From Podarcis melisellensis (taxonomy: Eukaryota): a stretch of DNA of 64,000 nt. The stretch lies in assembly GCA_964234715.1 (NCBI GenBank), contig OZ174275.1. The stretch is one strand, 5' to 3'. The stretch's first letter is position 1; each line of letters starts with the position of its first letter. The translations under genes and the position numbers were made by a program. Shown here in pieces: positions 24,501 to 39,500 of the stretch. The notes beneath the pieces were generated by a model. The model was not told the origin of the DNA, searched no databases, and saw nothing but the letters and a program-made list of their open reading frames with translations.

Positions 24501-27500
24501 TTCAGAGTGATGGCAATCAATCTTGCTGGAGTTGGTAAACCAAGTCTGCCTTCTGAGCCAATTGTAGCCCTTGATCCAATTGGTAAGCTTCCCAAATTAA
24601 AGAGATAAGTCTTCATGTGTTAGAAAACTGTGATATACATTTTTTACTATTTCTGTATTCTGTTGTTTTCAGATCCTCCTGGGAAGCCTGAAGTTATCAG
24701 TGTGACTAGAAACTCAGTGACTCTGATCTGGACAGAACCAAAATATGATGGTGGACATAAATTAATTGGCTACATAGTGGAGAAACGTGATCTACCTTCA
24801 AAGACTTGGATGAAGGCAAACCATGTGAATGTTCAGGAATGTGCATATACAGTAACTGACCTGTTTGAAGGATCTAAATATGAATTCAGAATTAGAGCTA
24901 AGAATACCGCTGGTGCTATTAGTCCTCCATCAGAATCTACTGGAGCCATTATATGCAAGGATGAGTATGGTACGTATTCCCTGTAAAGGCACACACCAGT
25001 TTTTAATGTTTTAAGTATCTTCTTTCCTAAAAGAGATGCGGGTGGCACTGTGGGTTAAACCACAGAGCCTAGGACTTGCCGATCAGAAGGTCGGCGGTTC
25101 GAATCCCCGCGACGGGGTGAGCTCCCGTTACTCAGTCCCAGCTCCTGCCAACCTAGCAGTTCAAAAGCACATCAAAGTGCAAGTAGATAAATAGGTACCG
25201 CTCCTGTGGGAAGGTAAACAGTGTTTCCGTGCGCTGCTCTGGTTCTCCAGAAGCGGCTTAGTCATTCTGGCCACATGACCCGGAAGCTGTACGCCGGCTC
25301 CCTCGGCCAATAAAGTGAGATGAGCGGCGTAACCCCAGAGTCGGTCACGACTGGACCTAATGGTCAGGGGTCCCTTTACCTTTATCTTCTTTCCTAACAT
25401 ATTAATTCTCTTTTACAGAGGCACCAACTATTGTTATTGATCCTACTGTCAAAGAAGGCCTGACTGTTAAGGCAGGAGACACCATCTCAATGTCTGCTAT
25501 TAGCATCCGTGGCAAGCCACTTCCAACTTCAGTGTGGTCTAAAGGAGGCAAAGATTTCAAGCTTTCAGAGACTGTCCATATTGAATCAACTCCAACTTCT
25601 TCCACGCTTTCTGTCAAGTATGCCGCTAGAAAAGATTCTGGTGAATATACGATCACTGCAACCAATCCTTTTGGTACGAAAGAAGAACACGTACATGTAA
25701 AAGTTTTAGATGTACCAGGCCCACCTGGACCAGTTGAAGTGAGCAATGTTTCAGCTGAAAAGGCTACTCTCACATGGACACCCCCAACAGAAGATGGCGG
25801 GTCACCAATCAAGTCTTATGTACTTGAAAAGAGAGAAACTAGCCGCCTTCTATGGACTCAAGTTGCTGAAGACATTCAGTCTTGTAGGCATGTTGTGACT
25901 AAGCTTATTCAAGGAAATGAGTACCTTTTCCGTGTTTCTGCTGTGAATCAGTATGGCAAAGGAGAACCATCTCAATCAGAGCCAGTTAAAATGGTGGATA
26001 GATTTGGTAAGCAAAACTAGTCAAAAGGTATATGAATTTACTGATGTGTATATATATAAACATTTATGTGTTTATCAAACCTGTTTTCCTCCTTTTAGGG
26101 CCTCCTGGTCCACCTGGTAAACCAGAAGTATCAAATATTACGAAAAACACTGTTACTGTAACCTGGAAAAGGCCAACTGATGACGGTGGCAGCGAAATCA
26201 CAGGCTACCATGTGGAAAGAAGAGAAAGAAAAGGTGTGAGATGGGTCAGAGTTACAAAGAAACCAGTATCAGACCTTCGATGCAAAGTGACTGGACTCCT
26301 GGAAGGAAATGAATATGAATTCCGTGTCAGTGCAGAAAACAGGGCAGGAATTGGGCCACCAAGTGATATTTCTCAACCAGTATTAACCAAGGATGCTGCA
26401 TGTTAGTATGATTTCTATACTTGGGGGGGGGACCCTTTATAGCATGATTATAAGGATTCCAATCAAATAAAATGTGTTGCCTTTTTTCATTATTTATAGA
26501 TCCACCAGGACCTCCTTCCAACCCACGAGTAACTGATACAACAAAGACAACTGCTAGCCTAGCATGGGGTAAACCTCACTATGATGGCGGACTTGATATA
26601 ATCGGCTATATTGTGGAGCACCAAAAAGAAGGAGAAGACACATGGGTGAAAGATACCACGGGGACTGCTCTAAGAATCACAGAATTTGTGGTTGCTAATC
26701 TCCAGCCAGGAGCCAAATACAACTTTAGAATTATTGCCCTCAATGCTGCTGGCGCTGGTGAACCAGCAATGATAAAAGATGTTGAGATCAGGGAACGTGA
26801 AGTAGCTCCTGATTTTGAATTAGACGCCGAGCTGAGGAAAACTCTTGTTGTTAGAGCTGGACTGACCATTCGGGTATTTGTTCCAATTAAAGGGCGCCCA
26901 GTTCCTGAAATCACATGGACCAAGGATGATATTTCACTTAAAGGACGTGCCAGTATTGAAAATACAGACTCTTTCACACTTCTCATTGTCACAGAATGCA
27001 ATAGATATGATGCAGGAAAGTATGTCATGACCCTTGAAAATGCTGCTGGCAAGAAGACTGGTTTTGTAAATGTGAAAGTCTTGGATACACCAGGGCCACC
27101 AATAAATCTCAAGCCCAGAGACATATCTAAAGATACCATCACCCTACAATGGGATATGCCTCTAATTGATGGTGGTTCACGCATAACAAATTATATAGTT
27201 GAAAAACGTGAGTCAACACGAAAGGCATATTCAACCATCACAACAAAGTGCCCAAAATGTTCACTTAGGATTCCTAATTTGGCTGAAGGGTGTGAATATT
27301 ACTTCAGAGTATTTGCTGAAAACGAATTTGGAATTGGTGAACCTGCCGAAACTGCTGAACCTGTAAGAGCGTCAGAGGCACCATCACCACCAGAGAGCCT
27401 TAATATCATGGATATCACAAGGAAGACAGTCAGCCTTGCTTGGCCAAAGCCCGAACATGATGGTGGTAGCAAGATTACTGGCTATGTTATTGAAGCCCAG

Positions 27501-30500
27501 AAAAAAGGTTCAACTCAGTGGACACATATCACAACTGTGAAAACATTAGAATGTGTGGTAAAGAATCTGACTGAAAATGAAGAATATACTTTCCAGGTTA
27601 TGGCAGTTAATAGTGCTGGAAGAAGCGATCCAAGAGAAAGCAGACCAGTTGTCGTTAAGGAGCAAATGATGCTTCCAGAATTTGATTTGCGTGGCATTTA
27701 CCAGAAAACAGTAATTGCCAGAGCTGGTGACAATATCAAAGTTGAAATACCTGTGCTTGGTCGCCCAAGGCCAACTATTACTTGGAAAAAAGAAGACCAG
27801 TTAATTAAACAAACTCAAAGAGTAAACTTTGAACATACTGCTTCTGCAACCATCTTAACCATTAACGAATGCACTAGAAACGATAGCGGCAGATACCCAA
27901 TCTCAGCTAAAAATATTGTTGGTGAAGTTAGCGATGTTATAACTATACAGGTGCATGATGTTCCTGGACCTCCTACAGGGCCAATCAAATTTGAAGAAGT
28001 TTCATCCGACTATGTCACCTTCTCATGGGAACCTCCACTGAATGATGGAGGGGTGCCAATAAGTAACTATGTTGTAGAAATGCGTAAAACCGACAGTACT
28101 GCATGGGCTGAGTTAGCAACTACTGTTATACGTACTACTTTTAAAGCTGCTCGCCTCACTACTGGGACAGAGTACCAATTCCGTGTTAAAGCTCAGAACA
28201 GATATGGTTCAGGACCATCTATCAGTTCAGAGAATGTAATTGCTAACTATCCTTTTAAAGTTCCTGGACCTCCAGGCACTCCTCAAGTGATTGCAGTCAC
28301 AAAAGATGCAATTAGCATTAGCTGGCATGAGCCTCTGACAGATGGAGGAAGCCCCATTTTGGGATATCACATTGAGCAAAAAGAACGAAATAGCATTCTT
28401 TGGCAGACCGTAAGTAAAGCTTTGATATCAGTAAATACCTTCAAATCAAGTGGTCTTACATCTGGCCTTGCCTATGAATTCCGAGTCATAGCAGAAAATA
28501 TGGCAGGCAAGAGTAAACCAAGCAAGCCATCTGAGCCAGCATTGGCCCTGGACCCTATTGATCCTCCTGGGAAGCCAGTTCCTCTCAATATTACAAGACA
28601 TGCAGTAGCACTTAAGTGGAAAAAACCTGAATATAATGGAGGTTTTAAGATAACTGGCTATACTGTTGAAAAAAGAGATCTTCCTAATGGCCGATGGCTA
28701 AAGGCTAACTTCGGCAATATACTAGAAACTGAGTTCACTGTTAGTGGTCTCACAGAAGATGCTGCTTATGAATTCCGTGTGATTGCTAGAAACGCGGCCG
28801 GTGCTGTTAGCCACCCATCCGAACCATCAGATGCAATAACGTGCAGAGATGAGATTGAAGCACCAAGGATAATGGTTGATGCTAAATACAAAGACACTTT
28901 GATATTAAAAGCGGGTGAAATTTTCAAACTTGAAGCTGACGTTTCAGGTCGCCCTCCACCAACTCTGACATGGACGAAAGAAGGAAAGGAGCTTGAAGAC
29001 ACAGCAAAATTAGAAATTAAAATAGCTGATTTCTCAACTGTTCTTCATAATAAGGACTCTATAAGAAGAGATGGAGGTGCCTACACACTTACAGCCTCCA
29101 ATCCAGGTGGCTTTGCAAAACATATTTTCAATGTCAAAGTACTAGACAGACCTGGTCCTCCAGAAGGGCCTTTGGCTGTGTCTGATGTTACCATAGAAAA
29201 ATGTGTCCTGTCATGGTTACCACCTTTGGATGATGGAGGCGCAAGTATTGACCATTATGTTGTTGAGAAACGTGAGACTAGCAGATTGGCATGGACAACT
29301 GTAGCCACAGAAGTTCCAGTAACAAAATTAAAGGTCACAAAGCTATTGAAAGGCAATGAATATATCTTCCGTGTTATGGCTGTTAACAAATATGGCCTTG
29401 GCGAAGCCCTGGAATCAGAGCCTGTTCTTGCAGTAAATCCTTATGTAGTACCTGATCCACCAAAGACACCTGAAGTTACAGCTGCAACCAAAGATTCTAT
29501 GATTGTGTGCTGGGGACACCCTGATTCTGATGGTGGAAGCCCTATAATCAATTATATTGTAGAACGTCGTGACAGAGCTGGACTACGCTGGGTGAAATGT
29601 AACAAGCGGGTTGTCACAGATTTGCGCTATAAAGTATCTGGACTCACAGAAGGACATGAATATGAATACCGAGTGAAAGCTGAAAACGCTGCTGGTGTAA
29701 GTGAACCAAGTCTAAGCAGTCCATTCTACAAAGCTGCTGATACTGTATTTAAGCCAGGTCCACCAGGTAATCCTCGTGTATTAGACACAAGCAAGTCCTC
29801 AATTACAATTGCTTGGAATAAGCCAATATATGATGGTGGTTCAGAAATCACAGGCTACATGGTTGAAACAGCATTACCTGATGAAGATGAGTGGAAAATT
29901 GTAACTCCACCAGCAGGGCTGAAGGCGACTTCCTTTACCATCACTAATCTAAAAGAAAACCAGGAATATAAAATCAGAATATATGCTATGAACTCTGAAG
30001 GCATTGGAGAACCTGCTCTTGTTCCTGGGACACCAAAAGCTGAAGAAAGGGTACTGCCTCCTGAGATTGAACTTGATGCAGACCTACGTAAAGTTGTGAC
30101 CCTCAGAGCTTGCTGTACTTTAAGACTCTTCGTCCCAATTAAAGGAAGACCAGTGCCTGAAGTGAAATGGTCAAGAGAACATGGAGAGTCTTTAGACAAA
30201 GCCACTATTGAATCCACAAGCTCTTATACACTACTTACAGTTGGAAATGTGAATAGATTTGACAGTGGCAAATATATACTGACTGTAGAAAACAGCTCAG
30301 GCAGTAAATCAGCATTTGTAATTGTAAGGGTTCTTGATACACCTGGCGCCCCACAGAATCTGAAGATAAAAGAGGTTACAAAGTCATCTGTGACTCTCAC
30401 GTGGGACCCTCCCCTCATAGATGGTGGCTCTAAAATTAAAAATTATATTATTGAAAAACGTGAGGCAACAAGAAAAGCATATTCAACAGTTATGGCCAAT

Positions 30501-33500
30501 TGCCATAAGACCAGCTGGAAAGTGGACAATCTACAGGAAGGTTGCAACTATTATTTCAGAGTTCTAGCTGAAAATGAATATGGAATAGGGCTTCCTGTTG
30601 AAACATCAGACTCTATTAAGGCATCTGAAAGGCCTCTTCCTCCAGGAAAAATAACTATATTAGATGTGACACGAAAGAGTGTATCTTTGTCTTGGGAAAA
30701 ACCTGAACATGATGGAGGAAGCAGAATTTTGGGCTACATTGTAGAAATGCAAAGCAAAGGCAGTGAGAAATGGGCCACATGCACTACTGTAAAAGTTACT
30801 GAAGCTGTTATAACTGGACTGATCCAGGGTGAAGAATATTCTTTCCGTGTTTCAGCTCAGAATGAAAAAGGAATCAGTGATCCTCGACAATTGAGTGTAC
30901 CAGTTATTGCGAAAGATCTTGTGATACCACCAGCCTTCAAACTGTTATTCACTACCTTCAGTGTACTAGCAGGTGAAGACTTAAAGGTTGATGTTCCATT
31001 TGTTGGTCGACCCAAGCCATCTGTAACGTGGCTCAAAGATGATGTGCCACTGAGACAAACTACTAGAGTAAACGAAGAAAATACAGACAACAACACTTTG
31101 CTAACAATAAAAGAAGCATGTAGAGAAGATGTTGGACAATATTTAGTAAAACTTTCTAACTCTGCTGGGGAAGCTACTGAAATCCTTAACATTGTTGTCC
31201 TTGACAAGCCAGGACCTCCAACTGGACCAGTGAAGATTGAAGACGTAACTGCAGACAATATTACCATTTCCTGGGGACCACCCAAATATGATGGTGGCAG
31301 TTCTATCAACAATTATATTGTGGAAAAACGAGACACCTCCACTACTACTTGGCAGATTGTTTCAGCTACCGTTGCCCGAACAACTCTAAAAGCAGCTAGA
31401 TTAAAGACTGGAAGTGAGTATCAATTCAGAATTGCTGCTGAAAACAGATATGGAAAGAGTACATATCTCACATCAGAGTCTGTGGTAGCCCAGTATCCAT
31501 ACAAACTACCTGGGCCTCCTGGAACTCCTTTTGTACCAAAAGTCTCCAGGGATAGTATGGTTGTACACTGGAATGAACCAGTCAATGATGGTGGCAGCAA
31601 GATTATTGGTTATCATTTGGAGCGCAAGGAAAGAAATAGCATACTGTGGGTTAAATTGAACAAAGCGGCAATTCCTGACACTAACTTTAAAACAACCGGA
31701 CTTGAGGAAGGCCTTGAATATGAATTCAGAGTTTATGCAGAAAATATAGTTGGTATCGGCAAAGCAAGTAAAGGTTCAGAATGCTACAAAGCTTATGATC
31801 CTTGTGATCCTCCTGGTCGTCCAGAGCCTGTCATCGTCACAAGGAACTCTGTTACTCTTCAGTGGAAGAAACCAGCATATGATGGCGGAAGCAAGATCAC
31901 CGGCTACATAGTTGAGAAGAAGGAGCTACCTGAAGGCCGCTGGATGAAAGCAAGCTTTACGAATGTTATTGAGACCCAGTTTGCAGTAACTGGCCTAGTT
32001 GAAGATCAAAGATATGAGTTCCGTGTCATTGCGCGCAACGCTGCAGGCGTTTTCAGTGAGCCATCTGAAAGCTCGGGGGCAGTCACAGCAAGAGATGAAG
32101 TAGAGCCACCTCGCATAAGTATGGACCCCAAATTTAAAGAAACCCTTGTACTGCATGCTGGCGAATCGTTCAAGATTGACGCAGACGTTCACGGTAAGCC
32201 GCTGCCTTCTATTCAGTGGCTAAAAGGCGACAAGGAACTAATGAATACTGCACGCTTGGATATAAAAACGACAGACTTTGCCACAAGCCTAAGCGTCAAA
32301 GAAGCCATTCGCGTTGACAGTGGGCATTATGTATTGCTGGCCAAGAATGTTGCAGGTGAAAAGACAGCTTCCGTTCATGTTAAGGTTCTTGACAAACCTG
32401 GCCCACCTGAAGGTCCGGTTGTTGTAACAGGAGTTACTGCTGAAAAGTGTTACCTGGCATGGAAACCCCCATTGCAAGATGGTGGTAGTGACATTTCACA
32501 TTATGTAATTGAAAGAAGAGAAACAAGCCGCTTAGTCTGGACTTTAGTTGATGGCAATGTACAAACCCTTAGTTACAAAGTTACTAAACTTTTGGAAGGC
32601 AACGAATATATCTTCCGCATCATGGCTGTAAACAAATATGGGGTTGGGGAACCTCTTGAATCTGAGCCTGTAATGGCTAAAAATCCATTTGTAGTGCCAC
32701 TTCCACCAAAGGCCCCAGAGGTCTCGGCTGTTACCAAGGATTCTATGATTGTCGTATGGGAAAGACCACCCTCTGATGGTGGCAGTGAAATTTTGGGTTA
32801 TGTACTAGAAAAACGTGATAAAGAAGGCATTCGGTGGACAAGATGTAACAAGCGTTTGATAAGTGAACTTCGATACCGAGTTACTGGACTTATAGAAAAT
32901 CATAATTATGAATACAGAGTCTCGGCTGAAAATGCAGCTGGCCTCAGTGAGCCAAGCCTACCTTCTGTTTATCATAAGGCTTGTGACCCTATATACAAAC
33001 CAGGTCCTCCCAACAATCCTAAAGCAATAGATGTCACAAGATCTTCAGTTTTCCTCTCCTGGAGTAAACCAATCTATGATGGTGGCTCAGAAATCCAAGG
33101 ATACATTGTTGAAAAATGTGATGTGAGTGTTGGGGACTGGGCAATTTGTACACCACCAACTGGAATTAAGAAAACAAATATGGAAGTAGAAAAATTGCAG
33201 GAGAAGCATGAATATAAATTCCGCATTTGTGCTGTTAACAAAGCAGGAGTAGGAGAGCATGCCGACGTTCCTGGGACTATTGTGGTCGAAGAGAAGCTGG
33301 AAGCTCCAGACCTTGATCTGGACTTGGAACTGAGGAAGGTTATCAATGTAAGAGCTGGTGGCTCCTTAAGATTATTTGTTCCAATCAGAGGACGCCCAAC
33401 ACCCGAAGTAAAATGGAGCAAGGTAGATGGTGACATCAGAGAGGCAGCTGTTATTGACAGCACTAGCAGCTTCACCTCGCTGGTTCTCGACAACGTTAAC

Positions 33501-36500
33501 AGATTTGATTCTGGAAAATACACTCTTACTTTAGAAAACAGTGGTGGAACTAAGTCTGCCTTCGTCAGTGTAAGAGTCCTAGATACCCCAGGCCCCCCAG
33601 TGAACCTGAAAATTAAGGAAATCACCAAAGACTCAGTGTCACTTGCCTGGGAACCTCCTTCGATAGACGGTGGAGCTAAAATTAAAAATTATATAATAGA
33701 AAAACGTGAAGCCACAAGGAAAGCCTATGCTGCTGTTGTAACAAACTGCCACAAGACATCGTGGAAAGTGGCTCAACTTCAGGAGGGCTGCTATTATTAC
33801 TTCAGAGTTTGCGCAGAGAATGAATTTGGAATTGGCCTGCCTGCAGAGACAAGTGACCCAGTTAAAGTTGCTGAAGTTCCTCAACCTCCAGGAAAGATAA
33901 CAGTGGACGATGTTACAAGAAACAGTGTTTCATTAAGCTGGGCTAAGCCTGAACATGATGGTGGAAGCAAAATTTTGCAATACATAGTGGAAATGCAAGT
34001 TAAGGGCAGCGAAAAATGGTCAGAATGTACACGTGTGAAAGTTCTTGAAGCACTTGTTACTAACTTATCTCAAGGACAAGATTATCTCTTCAGGGTAATG
34101 GCTGTAAATGAAAAGGGTAGAAGTGATCCACGGTCCCTTGCTGTTCCAATAACAGCCAAAGATTTGGTTATTGAACCAGATGTACGACCAGCATTCCACA
34201 GTTACAGTATACAAGTGGGACAAGACCTAAAGGTGGAAATCCCAATATCTGGTCGACCTATACCTACTATTACTTGGACCAAAGATGGCATGCCATTAAA
34301 ACAGACAACTAGAGTTAATGTCATTGATTCACCTAAACTTACCGTGCTGAGTATTAAAGAGGTCACTAAAGAAGACAGCGGGGCGTATGAAATCACAGTT
34401 GCTAATGTTGTTGGACAGAAATCTGCAGCTGTTGAAATTATAACACTAGACAAGCCTGATCCTCCAAAAGGCCCTGTTAAATTTGATGAAATTAGTGCTG
34501 AAAGTATTACATTATCATGGAACCCTCCAGTATATACAGGTGGCTGCCAAATCACTAACTACATTGTTCATAAGAGAGATACAACCACCACCGTATGGGA
34601 AACAGTTTCAGCTACCGTTGCAAGAACCACTCTCAAGGTGATGAAGCTCAAAACTGGGTCAGAATATCAGTTTAGAATATTTGCTGAAAATAGATACGGG
34701 CAGAGCTTTGCCCTGGAGTCTGACACAGTTGTTGCTCAGTATCCCTATAAAGAACCAGGTCCTCCTGGCACACCATTTGTGACAACAGTTACAAAGGACT
34801 CTATGGTTGTGCAATGGCATGAACCAGTAAATGATGGTGGAAGTAAAATTTTAGGTTATCATCTTGAAAGAAAGGAAAGAAACAGCATTTTGTGGACAAA
34901 GGTAAACAAGACAGTTATTCAAGACACACATTACAAAACATCTAATCTTGAAGAAGGCATTGAGTATGAATTTAGAGTGGCTGCAGAAAATATTGTTGGT
35001 GTTGGCAAAGCAAGCAAAGCTTCTGAGTGTTACGTAGCGCGTGACCCTTGTGATCCTCCAGGATGCCCTGAAGCTATTATTGTTAAAAGAAGTTCAATTA
35101 CTCTGCAATGGACAAAGCCAGAATATGATGGTGGCAGCAAAATTACAGGCTACGTAGTAGAGAAACGTGATTTGCCTGAAGGTCGTTGGATGAAAGCAAG
35201 CTTCACCAATATAACTGAAACTCAGTTTACCGTAACAGGCCTTACTGAAGACCAACGATATGAATTTAGAGTCATTGCAAGGAACGCCGCTGGAGCAGTA
35301 AGCAAGCCATCTGATAGTACAGGACCAATAACGGCAAAAGATGAAGTTGAGCTTCCAAGAATTTCCATGGATCCCAAATACAAAGATGCAATTGTTGTAA
35401 ACGCTGGAGAAACATTCAAACTTGAGGCTGATGTCCATGGGAAGCCAATTCCCACTATTCTGTGGTTGAAAGGAGATAAAGTACTTGAAGATACTGCCCG
35501 ATGTGAAGTAAGGAATACAGACTTTAAGGCCTTGATTACTGTTAAAGATGCCATCCGTGTTGATGGTGGGCAATATATTTTGCAGGCCTCTAATGTTGCA
35601 GGAACAAAATCAGTACCAATAACAGTGAAAGTACTGGACAGACCAGGACCTCCAGAGAGTATTCAAGTTTCTGGAGTTACTGCTGACAAGTGTTCCTTAA
35701 CATGGGCGCAACCAATCCATGATGGTGGCAGTGACATTTCTCACTACATAATTGAGAAGAGAGAAACAAGTCGCCTTGCATGGACAGTTGTTGCTTCAGA
35801 TGCTGTAGCCACAATGCTGAAAGTAACAAAACTTCTGGAAGGAAATGAGTATATCTTCCGCATAATGGCAGTTAATAAATATGGAGTTGGGGAGCCTCTG
35901 GAGTCTGCACCAGTATTAATGAAAAACCCATTTGTTGTTCCTGGTCCACCAAAATCCATTGAAGTAACCAACATTACAAAGGATTCCATGACCATCTGCT
36001 GGCATCGTCCAGATAGTGATGGTGGCAGTGAAATAGTTAACTACATTGTCGAAAAAAGGGACAGAGCTGGTATCAGATGGGTGAAATGTAACAAACGCCG
36101 AATTACAGACCTGCGATTAAGAGTCACAGGATTAGCAGAAGATCATGAATATGAATTTAGAGTATCCGCTGAAAATGCTGCTGGAGTTGGTGAGCCAAGC
36201 CAAATCACTCCCTTTTGGAAAGCATGTGACCCTATGTTCAAACCTGGCCCACCCACTAATGCTCATGCTGTGGATACTACCAAGAATTCAATTACAGTAG
36301 CATGGGGTAAGCCTATTTATGATGGCGGCAGTGAGATCCTGGGATATATTGTAGAAATCTGCAAAGCTGATGAAGAAGAATGGACAATTGTTACCCCACA
36401 GACCGGTCTGAGAGTCAATCGCTTTGAGATCAAGAAACTCATTGAACATCAAGAATACAAACTTAGAGTTTGTGCTCTTAACAAAATTGGAGTAGGTGAA

Positions 36501-39500
36501 GCTGCAGCAGTTCCTGGCACAGTTAAACCAGAAGATAAACTTGAGCCGCCTGAACTTGATATTGACTCTGAATTAAGGAAGGGAATTGTGGTTAGAGCTG
36601 GTGGATCTGTCAGGATAAACATACCTTTCAAAGGACGCCCAACTCCTGAAATCATGTGGTCTCGAGAAGAAGGAGAATTTACAGATAAGGTTCAAATTGA
36701 AAAGGGCCTGAATTACACACAGTTATCCATTGATTACTGTGATAGAAATGATGCTGGGAAATATATCCTTAAACTGGAGAACAGCAGTGGCTCTAAGTCT
36801 GCATTTGTCACAGTTAAAGTACTTGACACACCGGGACCACCACAAAATTTAGTAGTCAAAGAAATAAGGAAAAATTATGCTGTGCTAACATGGGAGCCTC
36901 CAGCTAATGATGGTGGGGCAAAGATAAAGAACTATGTGATTGATAAGCGCGAATCAACCAGAAAAGCATATGCAAATGTGAGCACAAAGTGCAGCAAAAC
37001 AAGTTTTAGAGTTGATAACCTTATTGAAGGGGCAATTTATTATTTCAGAGTAATGGCTGAAAATGAATATGGAATTGGTGTTCCAGTTGAAACTGCAGAT
37101 GCCTCAAAAGCTTCAGAACCACCTTTGCCTCCTGGAAAAGTGACTCTCACTGATGTGACTCAGAGAAGCGCATCATTTATGTGGGAAAAGCCTGAACATG
37201 ATGGAGGTAGCAGAATTGTGGGGTACATTGTTGAAATGCAGCCAAAAGGAACTGATAAATGGAGTGTCGTTACTGAAACCAAAGTCTGTAATGCAGTTGT
37301 GTCTGGTTTGAGTTCTGGACACGAATATCAATTCCGTGTCATGGCATACAATGAAAAAGGCAAGAGTGACCCTAGACCACTGGCAGTTCCTGTGATTGCC
37401 AAAGATCTGACCATTCAGCCAAATATCAAACTAATGTTCAATACATACACTGTCCAAGCTGGAGAAGACCTTAAAGTAGAAATACCCTTTATAGCTCGAC
37501 CAAAGCCTACTATCACATGGGAAAAAGATGGTCAGCCTCTAAGACAGACAACCAGGTTACATGTTGAAGATACACCTACATCAACTACTTTGTATATTAA
37601 AGAAAGCAACAAGGATGATTTTGGTAAATATACTGTGACAGTAACCAACACTGCAGGCACAGCAGCAGAACATCTTAATATAATTGTGCTCGAGAAGCCT
37701 GGCCCACCACAAGGACCTGTCCGCTTTGATGAAGTGAGCTCGAATTTTGTTGTTCTGTCATGGGAACCACCAGCATACACAGGTGGCTGTCAAATATCCA
37801 ATTACATTGTAGAGAAGCGTGACACTACTACCACTACCTGGCAGATGGTCTCAGCGACTGTTGCAAGAACAACTATTAAAGTAACAAACCTTAAAACGGG
37901 TAGTGAATATCAGTTTAGAATTAGTGCTGAAAACCGATACGGAAAGAGCACCGCGCTGGATTCTAAGCCAGTTCTTGTTCAATATCCCTACAAAGAACCA
38001 GGTCCACCAGGAACACCATTTGTCAGCATCGCTACCAAAGATCATATGATAGTACAATGGAATGAACCAGTTAATGATGGAGGAAGCAAAGTTCTTGGTT
38101 ATCATCTAGAACGTAAAGATAAAAACAGCATTCTTTGGACAAAATTGAATAAGGCCCTCATTCAGGACACAAAATATAAATCAGATGGCCTTGAGGAAGG
38201 TCTTGAATATGAGTTCAGAGTTGCCGCTGAAAATATTGTTGGCATAGGTAAGGTTAGCAAATCATCTGAACTGTATGTTGCTCGAGATGCTTGTGATCCA
38301 CCTGGCCGTCCAGATGCCATTGTTATTACAAGAAATTATATAACACTAAAATGGAAAAAACCTGAATATGATGGTGGCAGCAGAATAACTGGATATGTTG
38401 TGGAAAAGAGAGAGCTTCCTGAAGGTCGTTGGATGAAAGCCAGTTTTACAAATGTAACAGAAACAGAGTTCACAGTAACTGGTCTTGTGGAAGACCAACG
38501 ATATGAATTCAGAGTAATTGCAAGAAATGCAGCTGGTAGCATAAGTGAACCATCTGAAAGCACAGGACCAATTATTGCCAGAGATGAAATTGAAGCTCCA
38601 AGAGCTTCACTGGATCCAAAATACAAAGATGTCATTGTTGTTCATGCTGGAGAAACATTTGCTCTTGAGGCTGACATCCATGGCAAACCCATTCCTGATA
38701 TTATATGGTCGAAAGATGGAAAAGAATTTGAAGGAGCAACTGCAAGAATGGAAATTAAGTCTACCATTGAGAGAACAACCCTCACAGTCAAAGATTGCAT
38801 CAGAGTGGATGGAGGCATTTATACACTTAAACTGAGCAATGTTGGTGGCACAAAGTCTATACCAATCACTGTAAAAGTACTTGACAGACCTGGACCTCCA
38901 GAAGGTCCTTTGAAAGTTACAGGTGTGACTGCAGAAAAGTGTTATCTGGCATGGGGACCACCTTTACACGATGGTGGCTCTAACATTTCACATTATATTA
39001 TAGAAAAGAGAGAGACAAGTCGACTTTCATGGACACAAGTGGCATCTGATGTGCAAGCTCTGAACCACAAAGTAACCAGGCTTCTTCCAAACAATGAGTA
39101 CATTTTCCGTGTAATGGCTGTCAACAAATATGGAATTGGTGAACCACTGGAATCCGAGCCTGTGTTGGCATGTAATCCATACAAACCTCCAGGCCCTCCT
39201 TCAATACCTGAAGTTTCTGCAATCACAAAAGATTCTATGATTGTAACCTGGGGTCGTCCAGAGGATAATGGTGGTGCTGAAATTGAAGGGTACATACTAG
39301 AAAAGCGAGACAAAGATGGTATTCGGTGGACCAAGTGCAATAAGAAGAGACTAACAGACTTAAGACTCAGAGTAACTGGACTTACAGATGGCCATTTCTA
39401 TGAATTTAGGGTTTCTGCTGAAAATGCTGCTGGTGTTGGTGAACCTAGTGAACCATCAGTTTTCTATCGAGCCTGTGATGCAGTGTATCCACCAGGCCCT

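Noticed and set aside
25031-25110. tRNA-like A and B boxes
   Set aside because: Head of the Sauria SINE, not a tRNA gene
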